This document shows positions 38,663 through 52,426 of a stretch of DNA of 64,000 nucleotides, in pieces (the stretch's first letter is position 1; every line of letters starts with the position of its first letter). Source of the stretch: Chlorokybus atmophyticus (lineage: Eukaryota; Plantae; Mesostigma and Chlorokybus algae); assembly GCA_009103225.1 (NCBI GenBank), contig RHPI01002262.1, forward strand, positions 124,001-188,000, given 5' to 3'. The notes under the pieces are model-generated. The model was not told the DNA's origin, made no database searches, and saw only the letters and a list, made by a program, of their open reading frames with translations. A program made the translations under genes and the position numbers.

Positions 38663-38664
<2 letters not shown>

Positions 38665-40159
38665 ACCTCAACCGGAGGACATGTTACTAAGTTTAAAATA
38701 CATAAGCTATGTATGATATGATATGACATAAAGCTGCTTACATGCAAGTCTCAATACTTGCATGTCAACGCGTATTAACGATGTCAATACACATTGTGTA
38801 TTGATGGCAACAAAGCTTCAACAACATTGTATGCGAAGCGACAGCTTGATGTTACAATGGCCCTAAGAAAGGGGCTTGAAAGCACATAGTAGTGGGTAGC
38901 AAATTAGCATTAGCACATTACATTGAACTACAGTCAATTTTAGTTGGGTTGGGCCTCTCAGCAGCACGCTCGGCAGTGCGGGGGGCAACGTTCAAGAGAG
39001 CGGCGCCTCACCCTAGTCAAGCGGTGCCAACATGTACAACATAAGCTAAGCTACGGCCATACCCTCTGGTGTAATACGTCTTTATCGATGTGTGTTTGCT
39101 TACAACTAGGTAGATATGTTGCATTGATTACCGCACCTCATATGTTTAGCTGTTTGTTAAGCAGCAAGAAGAATAGGCTGGCAGCAATAACAACAACAAA
39201 CCAACCGCCTACTCCCATCCACGCTGCCCTCACATTAGCTCGCTACCTATAGGCCTGGGCCATAAGGCAAAAACAATGCAAATACACGCAGTAGTAGCAA
39301 GAGCAGTAATACTGCTGGCAGCTGTAGAGCATAGGCAAGAACCATGGTATAATAGCACAGCAACCCTATATACGCACATCATACATGGCATCACAAGCAA
39401 CCATGCCAATAGATTCTTGAAGTGAAGTAGGATGGGTGTCAGGTGAGGTTTGTGATGCGCACAAGTCAGCATTGGGCAGTAGGCAAGCGAAGCATAGCAG
39501 TGTGCTAGGCCTCTCAGCAGGATGCGCAATACTTGCAAGGCGGCATCCAAGACACAGCGCCTCAACTGCCATGTAGCGCCACACGTGAGACGTAGCCGAT
39601 AGGGGCGGTGGTCAGTCTCGGGAGTCTTGTATCGTCCAATAGGGCACGTGTCTGCTTGTTAGCACGTACTCGGAAGTAACACGAGTAAGCATGTCACACG
39701 CACTTGGAGGTAACAATATGTGTCAATTGTGCATCTATATCGTTTGTGACAATGTTGTTGCACAATCGAACATGGTGCCATGATTGCATGGCATCTGCCT
39801 GGTAGTGATCCAGCCCATGCACAAAATCGTGTCTGCAATCGCACAGACACCCTCATTGCCTTGCCACTCACACCTTTCAAGTCTGTCGCCAAGCTGCTCT
39901 GTCTATACAACAGAATGGATCACCAATGTACATGTGCTGTCTAATTAAATGCAGCAACCATCAGTTGCTGAACGCTGCCAATTGCGGCTGGCCAATTAAT
40001 CAACCACTGCCTTCATGTGTAGAGGAAAAGATGCCCTAGGTGGGAAGAAGTAGGGCCAGAGTACTTGTGAAGAAGTGGTCTGTACAGAAACTCCTTGCCG
40101 CCGCATCTGATGTTAAGTATAAACTACAAATGCTACACTAACAATTGGCATCACCTGCG

Positions 40160-43100
40160 CTAGAGCGACGGCACAGTGGGCCGTTGAATATACAACACTT
40201 CATCTATGCAAAGCACTTGATCGTCCTCCAGTGGCCACCGGAAAAATGTGAACACCTCCTTCAACCCGGAGTTGTGGAGCAACTCTAGTGTGTAGTCGTA
40301 GATGCGATACCGGCCGACGCCGTTGCCATCCATAGTGACAGGGACACCTGAAACAGTGACCTGGTCGACTGACTGACTGATGCTCAAGCTGCCAAGATTT
40401 CCTCTCCTCGCAAACGATCCATCAGGCCCAAAAGAGACCATCCGTTCATTGGTCAAATCTTGCGCAGCAAAGGTCCCATTGAGTGCCAGATTGGGAGGGG
40501 CTGGTGTGACTTTTTGGTATTGTCTCCCACCAAAAGTGATGCTGTTGCTTGTGACTTCACAAGGCTTTGGCTGCCCGATTTCAAACCCAGGCATAGAGGG
40601 AAAGTTCATGATAATCTGCCCGCCCGCCATGCGATACACTCCGCATCGTTTCAGCAGATCCGCGCCACCAGCCAGAATGGCGTTGAAATTGCTGAGGAGC
40701 CCTCCGTTAGGAAGACCGTAGAAGACATGGCCATCATGCGTGAAGAAGAAGTGTTCTCGAATGAACTTGGACTCAACCATGTTGGACTGGTTGACCTCGT
40801 GTATGAGTTTCTGGAACACGTAGAGACCAGCCAGCGTTTGATTGGCCATGATCGACGAGCTGGGTGCGGCACCAAATGAACCCGCGACCACCGACGGGGG
40901 TATTGAGACAGACGGTGTTACCCAATCAGGATACGGCAGAGCACTTGACATGGGCTGGGGCTGTTGCTGTTGCAGTGCTGATGTGATGCGTGGAGGTGTC
41001 TCTGGGAAGGCACGAGGAACGGCAGGAACGGTGGTTTGTGTTGCAATGGGCGGATAGGGCAGCGCAGCTGACAGTGGCTGGGGTTTGCTAGTCTCGGGGA
41101 AGGTTAGTGCAGTTGACATTGTCCTTGGTGGTGAATCCTCTTCAAACTCCAAAGCAGCGGAGAGGGCTTGCAGATGTGTAGCTGACCCAGTGAAGGCCAA
41201 TGAAGACGTCAGTGCAGCGGGTTCTGTGTCGGCGAAGGAAAGTGCAGCGGCGAGATCAGAAGCTTCTGGCGAGTCAGGGAACAGGGTGGTGGGGCTGAGC
41301 AACTGTGCCGCTTCCGCACCAACGTAAGCAGCAGCAGCAGAAGGAAGTTGCTGTGCAGCAGGGACAGCAGCAGGTGTCGGCAGTACTGGAACTCGTATAG
41401 GAGCTGGTGGCTCGAACTGGGTCTGCAGCTGGCTTTGCAGTTGCTGACTTTGCAATTGCTGAGCTTGCAGTTGATGTGCCTGAAGCTGCTGCTGCTGGGC
41501 GTGAAGCTGCTGTGGGGCCTGGATGTGCTGCGTTTGCAGTTGAGTTTGCAGCTGCTGCGTTTGCAACTGCTGCTGGGCTTGAAGCTGCTGTTGCGCCTGA
41601 AGCTGCTGCTGGGTTTGAAGCTGCTGAGCTGCAGCGAGCTGCGCTTGCAACTGCTGTGTTTGGTACTGCTGCTGAGCCTGCAACTGTTGAGCCTGCAACT
41701 GCTGCTGGACTTGCATCTGCTGCTGGGCCGCTTGCAGCTGCTGCTGCTGCTGGGCTTGCAGTTGCTGTTGCTGCTGTGCGTGTAGTTGTTGATGCTGCTG
41801 TACTTGCAATGCTTGTTGACTCTGCAATTGCTGATTTTCAAACGGCTGACTCTGAAGCGCCTGACTTTGCAATTGCTGAGCTTGAAGTTGAGGCTGGGCC
41901 TGCAGCTGCTGAGCCTGAAGCTGAGGCTGCTCATAGAGGTGCGATTGCAACTGTGATTGCTGTGGTTGAGGCGGGGGTGCTGATGCTGCTCGTCCATGGA
42001 GCAGGGGGCTGGAGCTCAACTGTGATATTTGATGTACATTGGGTATGGTGGCGCTTGCAGGCCTAGGAGCGGTGTCGGGCTCAGGCACAGTCACCATGCA
42101 TGGTGCAGAGCCAGGCACTGGAGCCACAGAGGGTATAGGTATTGGTGGGGTGGGCGCGGTCACTGTGATAGCAGCTGGTGTTGCTGTTTTCGCCAATTCG
42201 GGGCTCAGGTTAACGAAAGTCATGGTCTTTACTAGGTGGTTCACAACGTCCATGCTGTTTTGGTAAAGCTCTTGATCCGAAGAGATGAACCTGCACATAG
42301 TTTTCTTGTACTAAGATGGCGCTTGGCAAAGGCATGCGACAGCGCCAATGTTGTCAAGGTAAATAGGAGCACTTACGCAATCATTTCTGCTCGCCCAGGA
42401 CATGGATTGGACGCCAAGTAGAACCGAAAGCTGTGCTTCTGCTCCTTGTCTTGAAGCATCTCAGACGCGTAAAGTACAGGATAGCCTTCATCGGCCTGTG
42501 CACATTGAGCAGCACCTGCAACAACAGTGCCACATGAAACATCCTTCTCAAAACTACACGCCCTAGGTGTGATGAACACCAAGACATAGCCTCACTCCCC
42601 CCAAGCATGAAGCTAACCTAGATGATGTTAGTGTACCGACCTCTACTTGCGCATGTTACATGCGACAATGCATGAAAGGCAGGCATTCCTGTCCAGCTGC
42701 ATCATTGTTCCAGCAGGCTTTTGCAAGAGCTTGGCGTCTTTCAGCTTACACTAAGCTTGTACGTTACGTTACTTGTATGTCCCACTCAAGTCCGTTCCAG
42801 TGCCATGAAGTATGGCATTGCTCAGTACATGCTGCTCTGCTTGTAATGAGCGGTAATGCCAATCTTCAGCTGCTGTTTAAACAACTCGACAGCGCTGGAG
42901 CACCGCCCAAGTATGACGAACGCTTAACGCGAGGCTTCAATAAAATATGTCAATTGTTCAACGCGCTGCTTGACTTGTGAGCTGTCAGTGTCAAGTTTGT
43001 AGCGATCTTGCCACTGACCAGTAACTTTACCATAAAGCTGTAGCGGAGTTAGTTAGGACAGCACGCAAGTTGACGACGGAGCCAGGCACAGCTGCTTGAA

Positions 43101-43718
43101 AGCGTTTGACAGCGCCTACCGCCTTGCAAACGAGTGCTACATTGGCTGCACAGCAGCCACTCTGGCAATCAATCACAGACAAACGGCATTCAACAAGTTG
43201 ACAGCTTGTCCAGACACGACAGCTGCCACATTGCAGCAGACCACCTGTCACAACGGACGAACGACTGAACAAATACACAGGACTCAGTTACTGATTGCAG
43301 TGAGCTTCACCCACATTGTGCTTGCAGTGTGCATGGTGCAATGCCTCTGAGTGTGATTATCTGCGTGAAGAAAACTCAGCTGCATGCAAGCTAACGTCAA
43401 CACAATGGCGCATTGCGCGGTGTGGTGTGCAGTACCTATGGAGATGGGAGTGAGGTCAGCCCGCAGGGTGGCGCAGGCCGTCCTGAAGTGCTCCATAAAA
43501 TCTCCCTCAAAGTTCTGCCCCGGCAGAAGGCTGAGCATGCAGGCCTTGCCGGGGGGCAGGCCCTGAGGCATGTACATTATGGCGCCTCCCCTGTGCAGCA
43601 TGGTCCAGTCGCCGGGAGGGATGTAGAGGACGTTGCCAAACTGGACGGTGGTGGAGCCGGCGCCATTGCTGAACCCCGTCGGCAACCTGGGCATGCCCCC
43701 GTCGTCGCCGCCGACCAT
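40160..43718 (-). CDS. Uncharacterised multi-exon protein: globular N-terminal domain, long Q/P/A-rich linker, beta-rich C-terminal domain; first exon 43718-43436, terminal exon 42290-40160, internal exons uncertain
   Basis: The uninterrupted 2.1-kb terminal exon follows a CAG acceptor. Upstream exons have GT-AG boundaries, for example ...MIA|FISS across 42374/42290. No premature stops in the confident exons. Confidence 0.75.
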
Positions 43719-43757
43719 AGCTGCGCCTGTCTCCCGCCCCAGCCCATCCCTTTCAAG

Positions 43758-43778
43758 TCAAACCCTATTAGGGTTTGA
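43758..43778. promoter_or_regulatory. Inverted pair of telo-boxes (AAACCCTA / TAGGGTTT) 40 bp upstream of the ATG of the uncharacterised gene
   Basis: tcaaacccta-t-tagggtttga, perfect 10-bp arms. Confidence 0.55.
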
Positions 43779-46530
43779 ACTCCTCAACTCACGAGCTCAC
43801 CACCCTCACCGTCTGCACCGTCTCCGCACAGTGTCTGCCGCTGATTCGCGCTCAACGGGATGCGCGCGGGACTGCCGCAAGCGCCCTGCCTGCGTTGTAA
43901 CAAGCAATGACGCGAGTCACCCAGTGAGTCACCAGTGGCAGGGACACGCGCGCTGCTGCTCTGAGCCTAGCACGTACGTTCAAACAATTCTGTCGTTTTG
44001 TTCATGTGTATAGGCAAAGAGGTTGATGATGTGTAGGATGATAATAGGAAGACAACTTGGGGCATAGCAGCAGAGTTCAATCTTGAAACCACCTTGCTTA
44101 GAGAGTTTTATTGTATGTTTATTGATAATGTAAGCTGTAAGTTTCAATATTTATACTTTTAAATACTTCATTGAGTCATTTTTATATTTATACGTTAAAC
44201 GGACATAACTCATCCTATTAATATTATTGCATCGTTATGGTAACATCAGATCAGATCTGTAACATATATAACATTAAGGCAACACCAGTTTATGGCGTGA
44301 CTTAAGAACACCTGTCAATAATGTAACAATTGAAACGAAGAATACGACATGATAAATGATAACTGAAACGAGGATGCTTGTTGATATAATGTGTTGATGC
44401 TCATCAATAAGCTTATTTAAAGACGAGACGTGCATATTAATATGCGTTACATTAGAATGTACTATGTCATTATATATGAGGTGTGAGATATAATGACATA
44501 CTCTTCATTTGATGGTATAAAGGCGTGACCAAGTTGACTGGGGTTAGGGTACAGTTAATGCATGCGACAATACTTATATTATGTGATTGTAATTGTGTCT
44601 ATTGATAAAAATATAGACCATAGTGCATCTGATTTCATGTGTCAATAGGTAGCGTATACTATGTATAAAATATATTGCCAATATCAAACATCCACAACTA
44701 CGTTACCATAATTGTATTACATGTGTTAAGGCTTGTTGTGAAACAAACCTTGTATTTATAAGGTATATGCATTGAGAATACTATCGTAAACATGAAGTGT
44801 ACACTTAATTATGTAAGAGACTATTGTTGCATGCCGTCATGGCATAAGCTTTAACGCTTATTGGTGTCATTTTTATGCAAGTTGCATAAGAAAGAAATAA
44901 AAAAGGCTGCTAAATATGCTATAAGATCACTTAGTATCAACAATAATCAGCATTACATAAACTTTATGCGCAATTAACAAATTCATCATTGCGTACAACA
45001 ATGATGTACATTCTGCCAACACAAAAATATCACACAAAATGAGGTTGGTATGAACACAACGTTCTTGTGTAGATTTTATATGGTTTAAAGTTAAAGCCTC
45101 TTTTGCTGTACCATCAACATATGCTAATGTAAATATTGGTGTGATGATGAGCGCAACATAAGTTGACAATGTTAACTTTTTAAGAATTGTACGGCTGATG
45201 CGGCGTTGTCAGTAATTCAAGCCATACTATGAGCAGATGCATTGACTTGGTTTCGTTTTTTAAAGCAAATTGCATTTACAAATAAGATTGCTAATCATGT
45301 TATAAGATTACATAATATCAACAACGATCAACATTGCATATTGATTAAAAGCAATCAACACATAAAAAATCTATCGTTGCATACAGCAACAGTTATTATT
45401 TTTGCTTACTTGTAACTTCTTAAAAACAATGAGTCTGTTGTGAACTCTTGACGTTTTTATGTGTCCACAATAAATGCCTCCATTGCTTATGTGAACATTA
45501 CCGTGATGGTGACCGCGATATGAGTTAACCAACAAAATTCTATTCTATGCAAAAAGCATCATATTCATGTTGTGCGTAATTCATAGTTTTAACCAAAGTT
45601 GTGCGGCTCATGCTGCGTTGCAAGTAACCGAATTGTGCCAGCATTGGCCTGTAAGAAGAATGCAACAATTGGACCTGTGCCAATACTAACATAAATAACC
45701 GGTGTCAGCATTCGCAATAAACCTTTTTTGAAAGGCCGTGCCAACGCACATGACTTTCCTATATCAGCACTGGCGCGAGCATTACATTGCAGCTCCAGCT
45801 CCTGTGAACTCCGCAAGCGCGATTAATATTTATGGTTAACAGACTCGCAAACTAGAATAGCTGACCAACCAATAAGTCCAACCCACGTAGGTCGGCGCGG
45901 ATTGGCACATCATTAGGCAACATATAGCAAGCGTTGGTTGGATGAGACGTGCAGGCTATTGTGCTCCTCATTTAGTAGCTCTTCGGCACGGTTCATGCCA
46001 GTACTGGCACCAACCGTCTGTACCAGTACTGTGACACGCCATGTATACTGAACTGCCATGTTATCTCCATGCAGAATTCAACAAAAGTTCACATGCTGCT
46101 ACACATATACAACACTGCAACTCCATGCGATGTGTACTCCTGTTAAAAGTATATGAGTAAATACTCATTTACTCATATACTAGCGAGTCCGGTACATATA
46201 TAGTAAATAGTCTACACGAGGGTGATGATGGTGACCTCGAGCTTCTTGTATATGTACTTGCTAAACAGAGTAGAATGGGATGTGCCCGAGTCACACGCTC
46301 ACAACTACAACAGTCCCAGCTAAATTAAACGGTTGGTGCCTTGAAAACATGAATAGCATACAACACACGAAAATGTATTGCACTAGTATTATGGCAGGAT
46401 GGCAACCATTTGATACGATCCTTTACTGTATCTCATATACACTTCCCCTCACTTAATAGTTGTAAATCCTCATCTACCTTCCCTTCATCAAACCCAACAT
46501 ACATTCAATGTATGTTGGGTTTATTGCAGT

Positions 46531-46600
46531 ATATCTAGATAATGATGGTTTGAATAAGCTTATACATATCTAGATAATGATGGTTTGAATAAGCTTATAC
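46531..46600. repeat. Exact 35-bp tandem duplication
   Basis: atatctagataatgatggtttgaataagcttatac twice. Confidence 0.95.
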
Positions 46601-48616
46601 AAGCATATGTAACTACCTAATGCTTACGACGAGCGGACACTCTGTTACTGTTTTGCATATTATCATATCTCAAGACTATCAAGCTAAGTTCTCCACCAGC
46701 ATGACAACCAGCATGACAACTGACATAAGCCTTTCAGGTCTAGCCCAACCTAGATGATCCCAAATTGTCTAAAACTGCCACAAAACCACTTATGCCAGTT
46801 TCGGTTGTCAACTCAGTAGGTGAGTCACCTACTCGTCGTTAGCATAAGTGATTTTGTGCTAGTACGGGCACATTATCTATAAAGCCATGATTGGCCCACC
46901 TGAACAGTGCCAGCAATGGCTATAAGCAAATTGCAAGCTTCAAATCATGCCAGCACTAGCACATGAAGATTATTGTTATGTGCCAGTGTTGGCATGGGCA
47001 AGAGAGGGTGCCAGTCATGTCACGATTTTAACACAAGCGTTTTGATATGCTCATATAGGTAGTGTAACATGTGTAACATAATGTTACACATGTCTATTGT
47101 ACAAGCATATCAAGGGTTTCCTATTGCTGTAACCACTCAACTACAACATCAGCAATGCTAACAATACAAATCAGCTATAATTCTCGCATCAAGTCTCGTT
47201 CAGCTTCGTGCATTTTCCCAAGCCAACTCCGTAAACTCATGATCTGCCTAGACCCACCTAGACCAAAGAACCGCACCTCTTGCACGCAAGCCCTAAGGTC
47301 CAATTGCAAGTCAACATAGCGCGCAGCAGCAGCGGCGGCATAGTGTGCATAGTTGCAGGCAGCTCACCCACTGCAGCTGTCGGGGAGGTGAACAGGAGAG
47401 TGAAAGATGATGCGGTCGATGTTGGTGTGTAGCAGCGCATTCGCACATTGTGCGGAGCCGGAGCATGCGAATTGTAACGCCACCTTAGGCTTGAGCACTT
47501 AGCTCTCACCTAAGAGGGTCATGCACTCTACTTAGTGCACGCACTCACACACATGTGCAAGCACTCGTACTCCGTGTATACACTCACATAAAAGTGTTAG
47601 CACCGTGCATACACTCACACATGCAAGTGTAAGTACGCCCACTGAGTGTACACACTCACATACAAGTGCTACACAAGCACCGGTAGAAATGGCCCCCCAA
47701 CAATTCGGCCTTGCCCTCAACTTATAAATGGAGATCGAGCTATAATTTAATTAGGGATGCGCATATAAGCAACGTATCGAATTTTGCATTTTTTCCAGCT
47801 GCAGCCACAACTTAGTTTGGTATCTAGCTGCCATTAAGGTTAAGTAGTTGGTGTGCATTAAGTTCGATATCCGTTGTTTCTTGAATTCTATAATGTCTAC
47901 ATCCTGTACTAATTTTTGGTTAGATCATGTATCAAGGGGATTAAACCCAATGCGTAATCCAACCCACAATGTTATGGCCGCAGTTTGCGGCAAAATCTTG
48001 AATTTCATAATGTCCACATCATGTACTTATTTTTTGGTTAGATCATGTATTAAGGGGATTAGACTTAATGCAAGTCCAACCAAAAATGTTATAGCCGCAG
48101 TTTGCGGCAAAAACTTAAAGAGTCGTTACGACATAGTCGCAAATCCTACTGCGTAGCGACTTTTTGTGTCGCCGAGTTTCGATCCTGCGCGATAGAAACT
48201 TGTCGGGATGGTGCCACTCGACCTACGACTCAAACATTGACCGATTAAACTACACTGACAGAAGACACACACAGCGCTGTGTTTGTAATTGATATAATCA
48301 ATAAAGCGGCTGCCTCAATTGTATATGTGTATATATGTATATATATATATATATGTATACATGTATATATATATGCTTATATGTATATACATATATAAGC
48401 CGGTAGCCGTATATAAATACGGCTATCGGTACCAGTGTTTTTACTCTTCATACATAATCGTAAAGGGAATTACGGGGACGTAGGTGACTTGAGGATGAAG
48501 AATGTGTTAGACCTGCCGTCCCGTCCAATCGCAGCGCTTGATTACTGGCAGATGTTAGCATTTAATTCCCCGCGTCACCTGTATGTGCAAGGTTGTTCGC
48601 GGTGAGTTGGGGAAGA

Positions 48617-48996
48617 ATGTTTAAGCATGCCAAACAGCCTGCCCATCGGCTGAGCAGCGCAATGGGCTTACCGCTCAGCTCCTCAGCAGTACTAGCCACT
48701 GAGGAGCTGAGCACGTGCACATGCAGCACAAGAAGTGCGGCGTACTGAAAGACCGCATTAGAGCTTACCTCTCTGCCGCTCAAGGCTAACTCAACGACGA
48801 TGTGACAGCTGCCTCCGCCGCCGCTGAAGAGCCAGCCCGCTGAGCTGGCTCTGGCTGCTTCATGGCAGCTAAAGGCCAGCCTTGTACGACCTCCCTCTCC
48901 TTAACCTCCAGCAGGGCGACCTCCACGCCGTCGTCGTCGTCGTTGTTGTTCTCAGCGCCCCTGGCGCTAACATTTGTTGCTCTGAGCGCTATTTGA
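48617..48996 (+). repeat. Split direct repeat A1 of the DIRS-like element
   Basis: Aligns end to end with 58671-59050. Confidence 0.9.
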
Positions 48997-49908
48997 GAAG
49001 TGAGGAGGAGGGGCGGCATGCAGCAGCCCGGCCTAGCTGAAGGCAACCCGTGGTAGCCGTACAAGTATCCTAACGCCTGGGCAAAAACTTGGCTGCTTCC
49101 ACCATCTGAAGGGTTTGAGCTGCAGCGCCTTGGTGCCAGCACGCGAGCGATGGATTTGCAAGCTTTGGGGCAGCGGTTGGGCGTCGGCGTGATCGTGGAC
49201 AGCGCGTATCGCGTGGACATCTTGCGTTAAGTGGACACACAGGCAGGCCATGGGTGTCCCTTGCATGACCATTTTATTGTTGCTTTGGGCCCTCTGAAGG
49301 GGGAACCCCTTGTACGTGTTGCCTTGGAGACGTCAAAATCCCCAGTCCTGTTGCCGCTCAGCTACCTGCAGCACCGACAACACATGGTGGTGGGACGCTT
49401 TTGACAACGTTGTCTCCCAGCGGCGCATGCGAGCACTTGAGAGAAGGACAAACCCCTCGCGCTTAAAACAGGGAGACATTACTTGGGGGGCGCATTTAGT
49501 GGAGACGAGAGACTCGGCCCGCACATGGCAGGTTCTCGGGACTCTCCCCACCGTCACCAGCCCTTGATGCGCAGATGGTCCCCGCTAAGGGGCCGTACCT
49601 ACCCCCGCTCCCCCTTGCGCAGGCGGTCGCGCAGCCCCAACTATCGCAGCCCCGTGCCTTATCCGTACCAGCGCCGAAGCCCTGATCGGGGTCGCAGCAG
49701 GAGCCGCAGCCCCCTGCACCGATGGCAACGTCGCCAATCAAGCGTAGCTGGAGCCCCCCGGCGCGAAGATTGCATCACCCCCCATCTCCGCGGCTGCAGG
49801 CGGAGCAGTCGGAAGCGCCTCTTCTTCCTCAGCAGGCACCAGTTCCGTCCGTGCCAGCACTGAACGTGTCAGCTCCCCTCCCGCCAGCTCTGGCGGTGCC
49901 TCCTTCGC

Positions 49909-51524
49909 CACCTGTAGAAATGAGTTTCCGCAAATCAGGTTGGATCCGCAACTTTGTAATGGACGGAGCCGGACATTATTTGCAAATTTTACGGCAAATC
50001 CGTATATATGTTGTAGCTGCAGCCGGAGTTTTATTGCGACCTGTCACAAGCGGCAATCCGCCGGTGACGATCGTAAGTACTGGATCCCCAACAACGTTAA
50101 GGGTTTGGTGTTTACGTAATTAAGGGTTGAGGCCGTGAGAAAGACTGATGTAAGTCGCAATTACAGTTGTGACCAATTCGTTAACAATGCGTCTTTACTC
50201 CCAAACGCAATTGAAGACTCGACGATAACATTAGAGTGCACTTAGGTTGCATGTTAAAGCTGTACACATCATCATTAATATTGTGACCTGTTCCATCAAC
50301 GATACGAGACTTCATACTAAACAAACTCGGAACGCTAGGATCGATCCATAATTACAAACCATAACAACTTTGACGACCTCATCATTGCCAATTTGCCGGT
50401 TTAACCCCGCGGCCTATTCATGGCTCGCTTGCCTCGCGGCCTGCTAGTAGAAGGCTGCGACTTGCATGTATAATCATTGGTAAACCGTGGTAGCACATGA
50501 GGTAAACATGTAAAGACTTGACCCCAACTCCGCAAACAACCTTGCGCCAGCAAATGACGCAGTGCGCATAATGCAAACATCTGCCGGTGATTACGCGCTG
50601 TAATTGGGACAAAACGGCAAGTCAAACAAAGTCTCCCTCCCCAATTCGCATTTACAGTGGTAAATTACACCTTTATCTTTTTGATACAAATGGTATATAT
50701 GTACATGTATATAAATATATATATATATGTGAATGTATATATATACATACATGTATGTGTGAATATATGTATGTATGTATATATATGTATACATATACTG
50801 GTATACACATACTAGTAGTGCCATTGTATGCAGCTGTTGGTGCATGCGTGATGCATGCATTGCGGCATGTGAGACAATTGAGGCAGCCGCTGTAAAGTTT
50901 ATACACTTTGGTTTATATACCAAACAATCGCGTCACATGTATGTGTTGTCGTCGTAGTCTAGCTGGTCAATGTTTAGGTCCTGTTGTTGCTTGCTAGCCT
51001 CAAAAGCTATTCCGCCCAGGTTCGAAATTCGGCGATTGAGACAAATACGCTGTACTGTGGCTCGTTTGGTTTTTCGCCGCGAACTGCGGGTGTAACATTT
51101 CTGGTTAGAGCACGCATTCAGATTAATCCCCTAACCTCACAGGTTCTTCCGCGCAGGTTCAAAACTCGGCGATAGAGACAAAAAACCCTGTGCTGTGGCC
51201 TTTTTTGTTTTTTCGCCGCGAACTGCGGCCGTAACATTTCTTGTTAGATCAAGCATTAAGATTAATCCCTTTAATACATGATCTAACCAAAAATTAGTAC
51301 GGGATGTGGCTTTTATTAAGGTTTTAAAAAGACGAATACCGAACTTATTGCACATCAGCTAATTGATCTTAATGGCAGTTCGATATTAAACAAAGTTGTG
51401 GCTGCAGCAGCAAAAAGTGCAAAATGGATATGTTGCTTGCATATGGATCCCTGATTAAGTTATAGCAGGATTTCCATTTGAATTGTGGGCAAGGCCGAAC
51501 TGTTGGGGGGCCATTTCTATCGGT
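49909..51524. mobile_element. Non-autonomous CACTA/CMC-like element, family A, inner copy (1616 bp), opposite orientation to the outer copy
   Basis: Ends CACCTGTAGAAATG and CATTTCTATCGGTG with a 3-bp TSD CGC. Confidence 0.9.
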
Positions 51525-52426
51525 GCGCCCACTTTTGTCATGCCATCGCTAGGCGTCGCACCAGGCGCGCCTTGCGACGCTGGCGGACGAAGCGTGCCAG
51601 CGCCGCTGCCGCCTTCGACAACCTCGCGGCGACCCTCGATGTTGAGTTTGGGCTACATGCATGCTCAGAATCCTCAGGCAGCGACTGATGTGGCTGCGTT
51701 GCTAGCAGCGGGTGGCTTGCAGGCGCTGCTATGATGCATGGTGTATGTAAAGCTAAGCGTGGGCCAATGGACGCTCGCGCGCGTGGAGAGTGTGATCGCT
51801 GCCGCGGGCCTCTTTCTTGTTCGCACGCTACCCGCCAACCAGCCCCTGCAGGTCTTGGCCTCTGCCCTAACCTTGGCGAGTGCCAACCCCTCTACAATTG
51901 CACCACCACTAGCGGCGCAGCCGGCCGCTTTCATACCTCACCCCACCGTGCCTCCAGCTGTGGGAGCTAACCCCTCTGCAATCGCACCCCAGCTGACGAC
52001 GCAACCAGCCCCATGCACACCTCACCCCACAGTGCCTACAGCTGCAACGCCTGGGCGCTCGTTCGCGGAGGCGAAAGGCATGAAGCTGGCAGCTGATGGC
52101 ATACATGTCACCCACTTCACGCCCACCTCACACTTTGTGCATGTCCGCAACAACATTGTTAACCGCTTCACAGGAGATGCGGCGCACAAGGGATTGTTGC
52201 AGCAACTACACAAATCGAAGATGATCACGGACACGGAGTACCCGCTCATGGCGGCGTACGTACATGTGCTGCTTGAAAGGTGTTTGTACAAAGAGTTTGA
52301 GGACGTTCCTCTTCACTGTTCGGGGAGGACTGCGCTCGGGCCCTTGAGGCGAGTAAATTGGACCTGTCCATAGAGTACGCGGAGGCGCATCTCATCACCG
52401 AGCTGCTGGACTTCTACACGGAGGTG

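Noticed and set aside
39573-39670. G-box/ABRE motifs (CACGTG twice) and CCAAT
   Set aside because: No adjacent gene start could be identified; it lies downstream of the nearest gene.
41085-42066. Long alternative-frame and antisense ORFs (262, 219, 145 aa)
   Set aside because: Shadows of the CAG-rich linker of the real minus-strand gene.
48562-49272. Minus-strand ORFs in repeat A, weakly RNase H-like
   Set aside because: No complete catalytic motif set, and frames differ between A1 and A2; treated as terminal repeat sequence.
47678-51524. Apparent 3.8-kb foldback element with very long TIRs
   Set aside because: The two arms are the same end of two separate family A copies in opposite orientation, each with its own other end and TSD.
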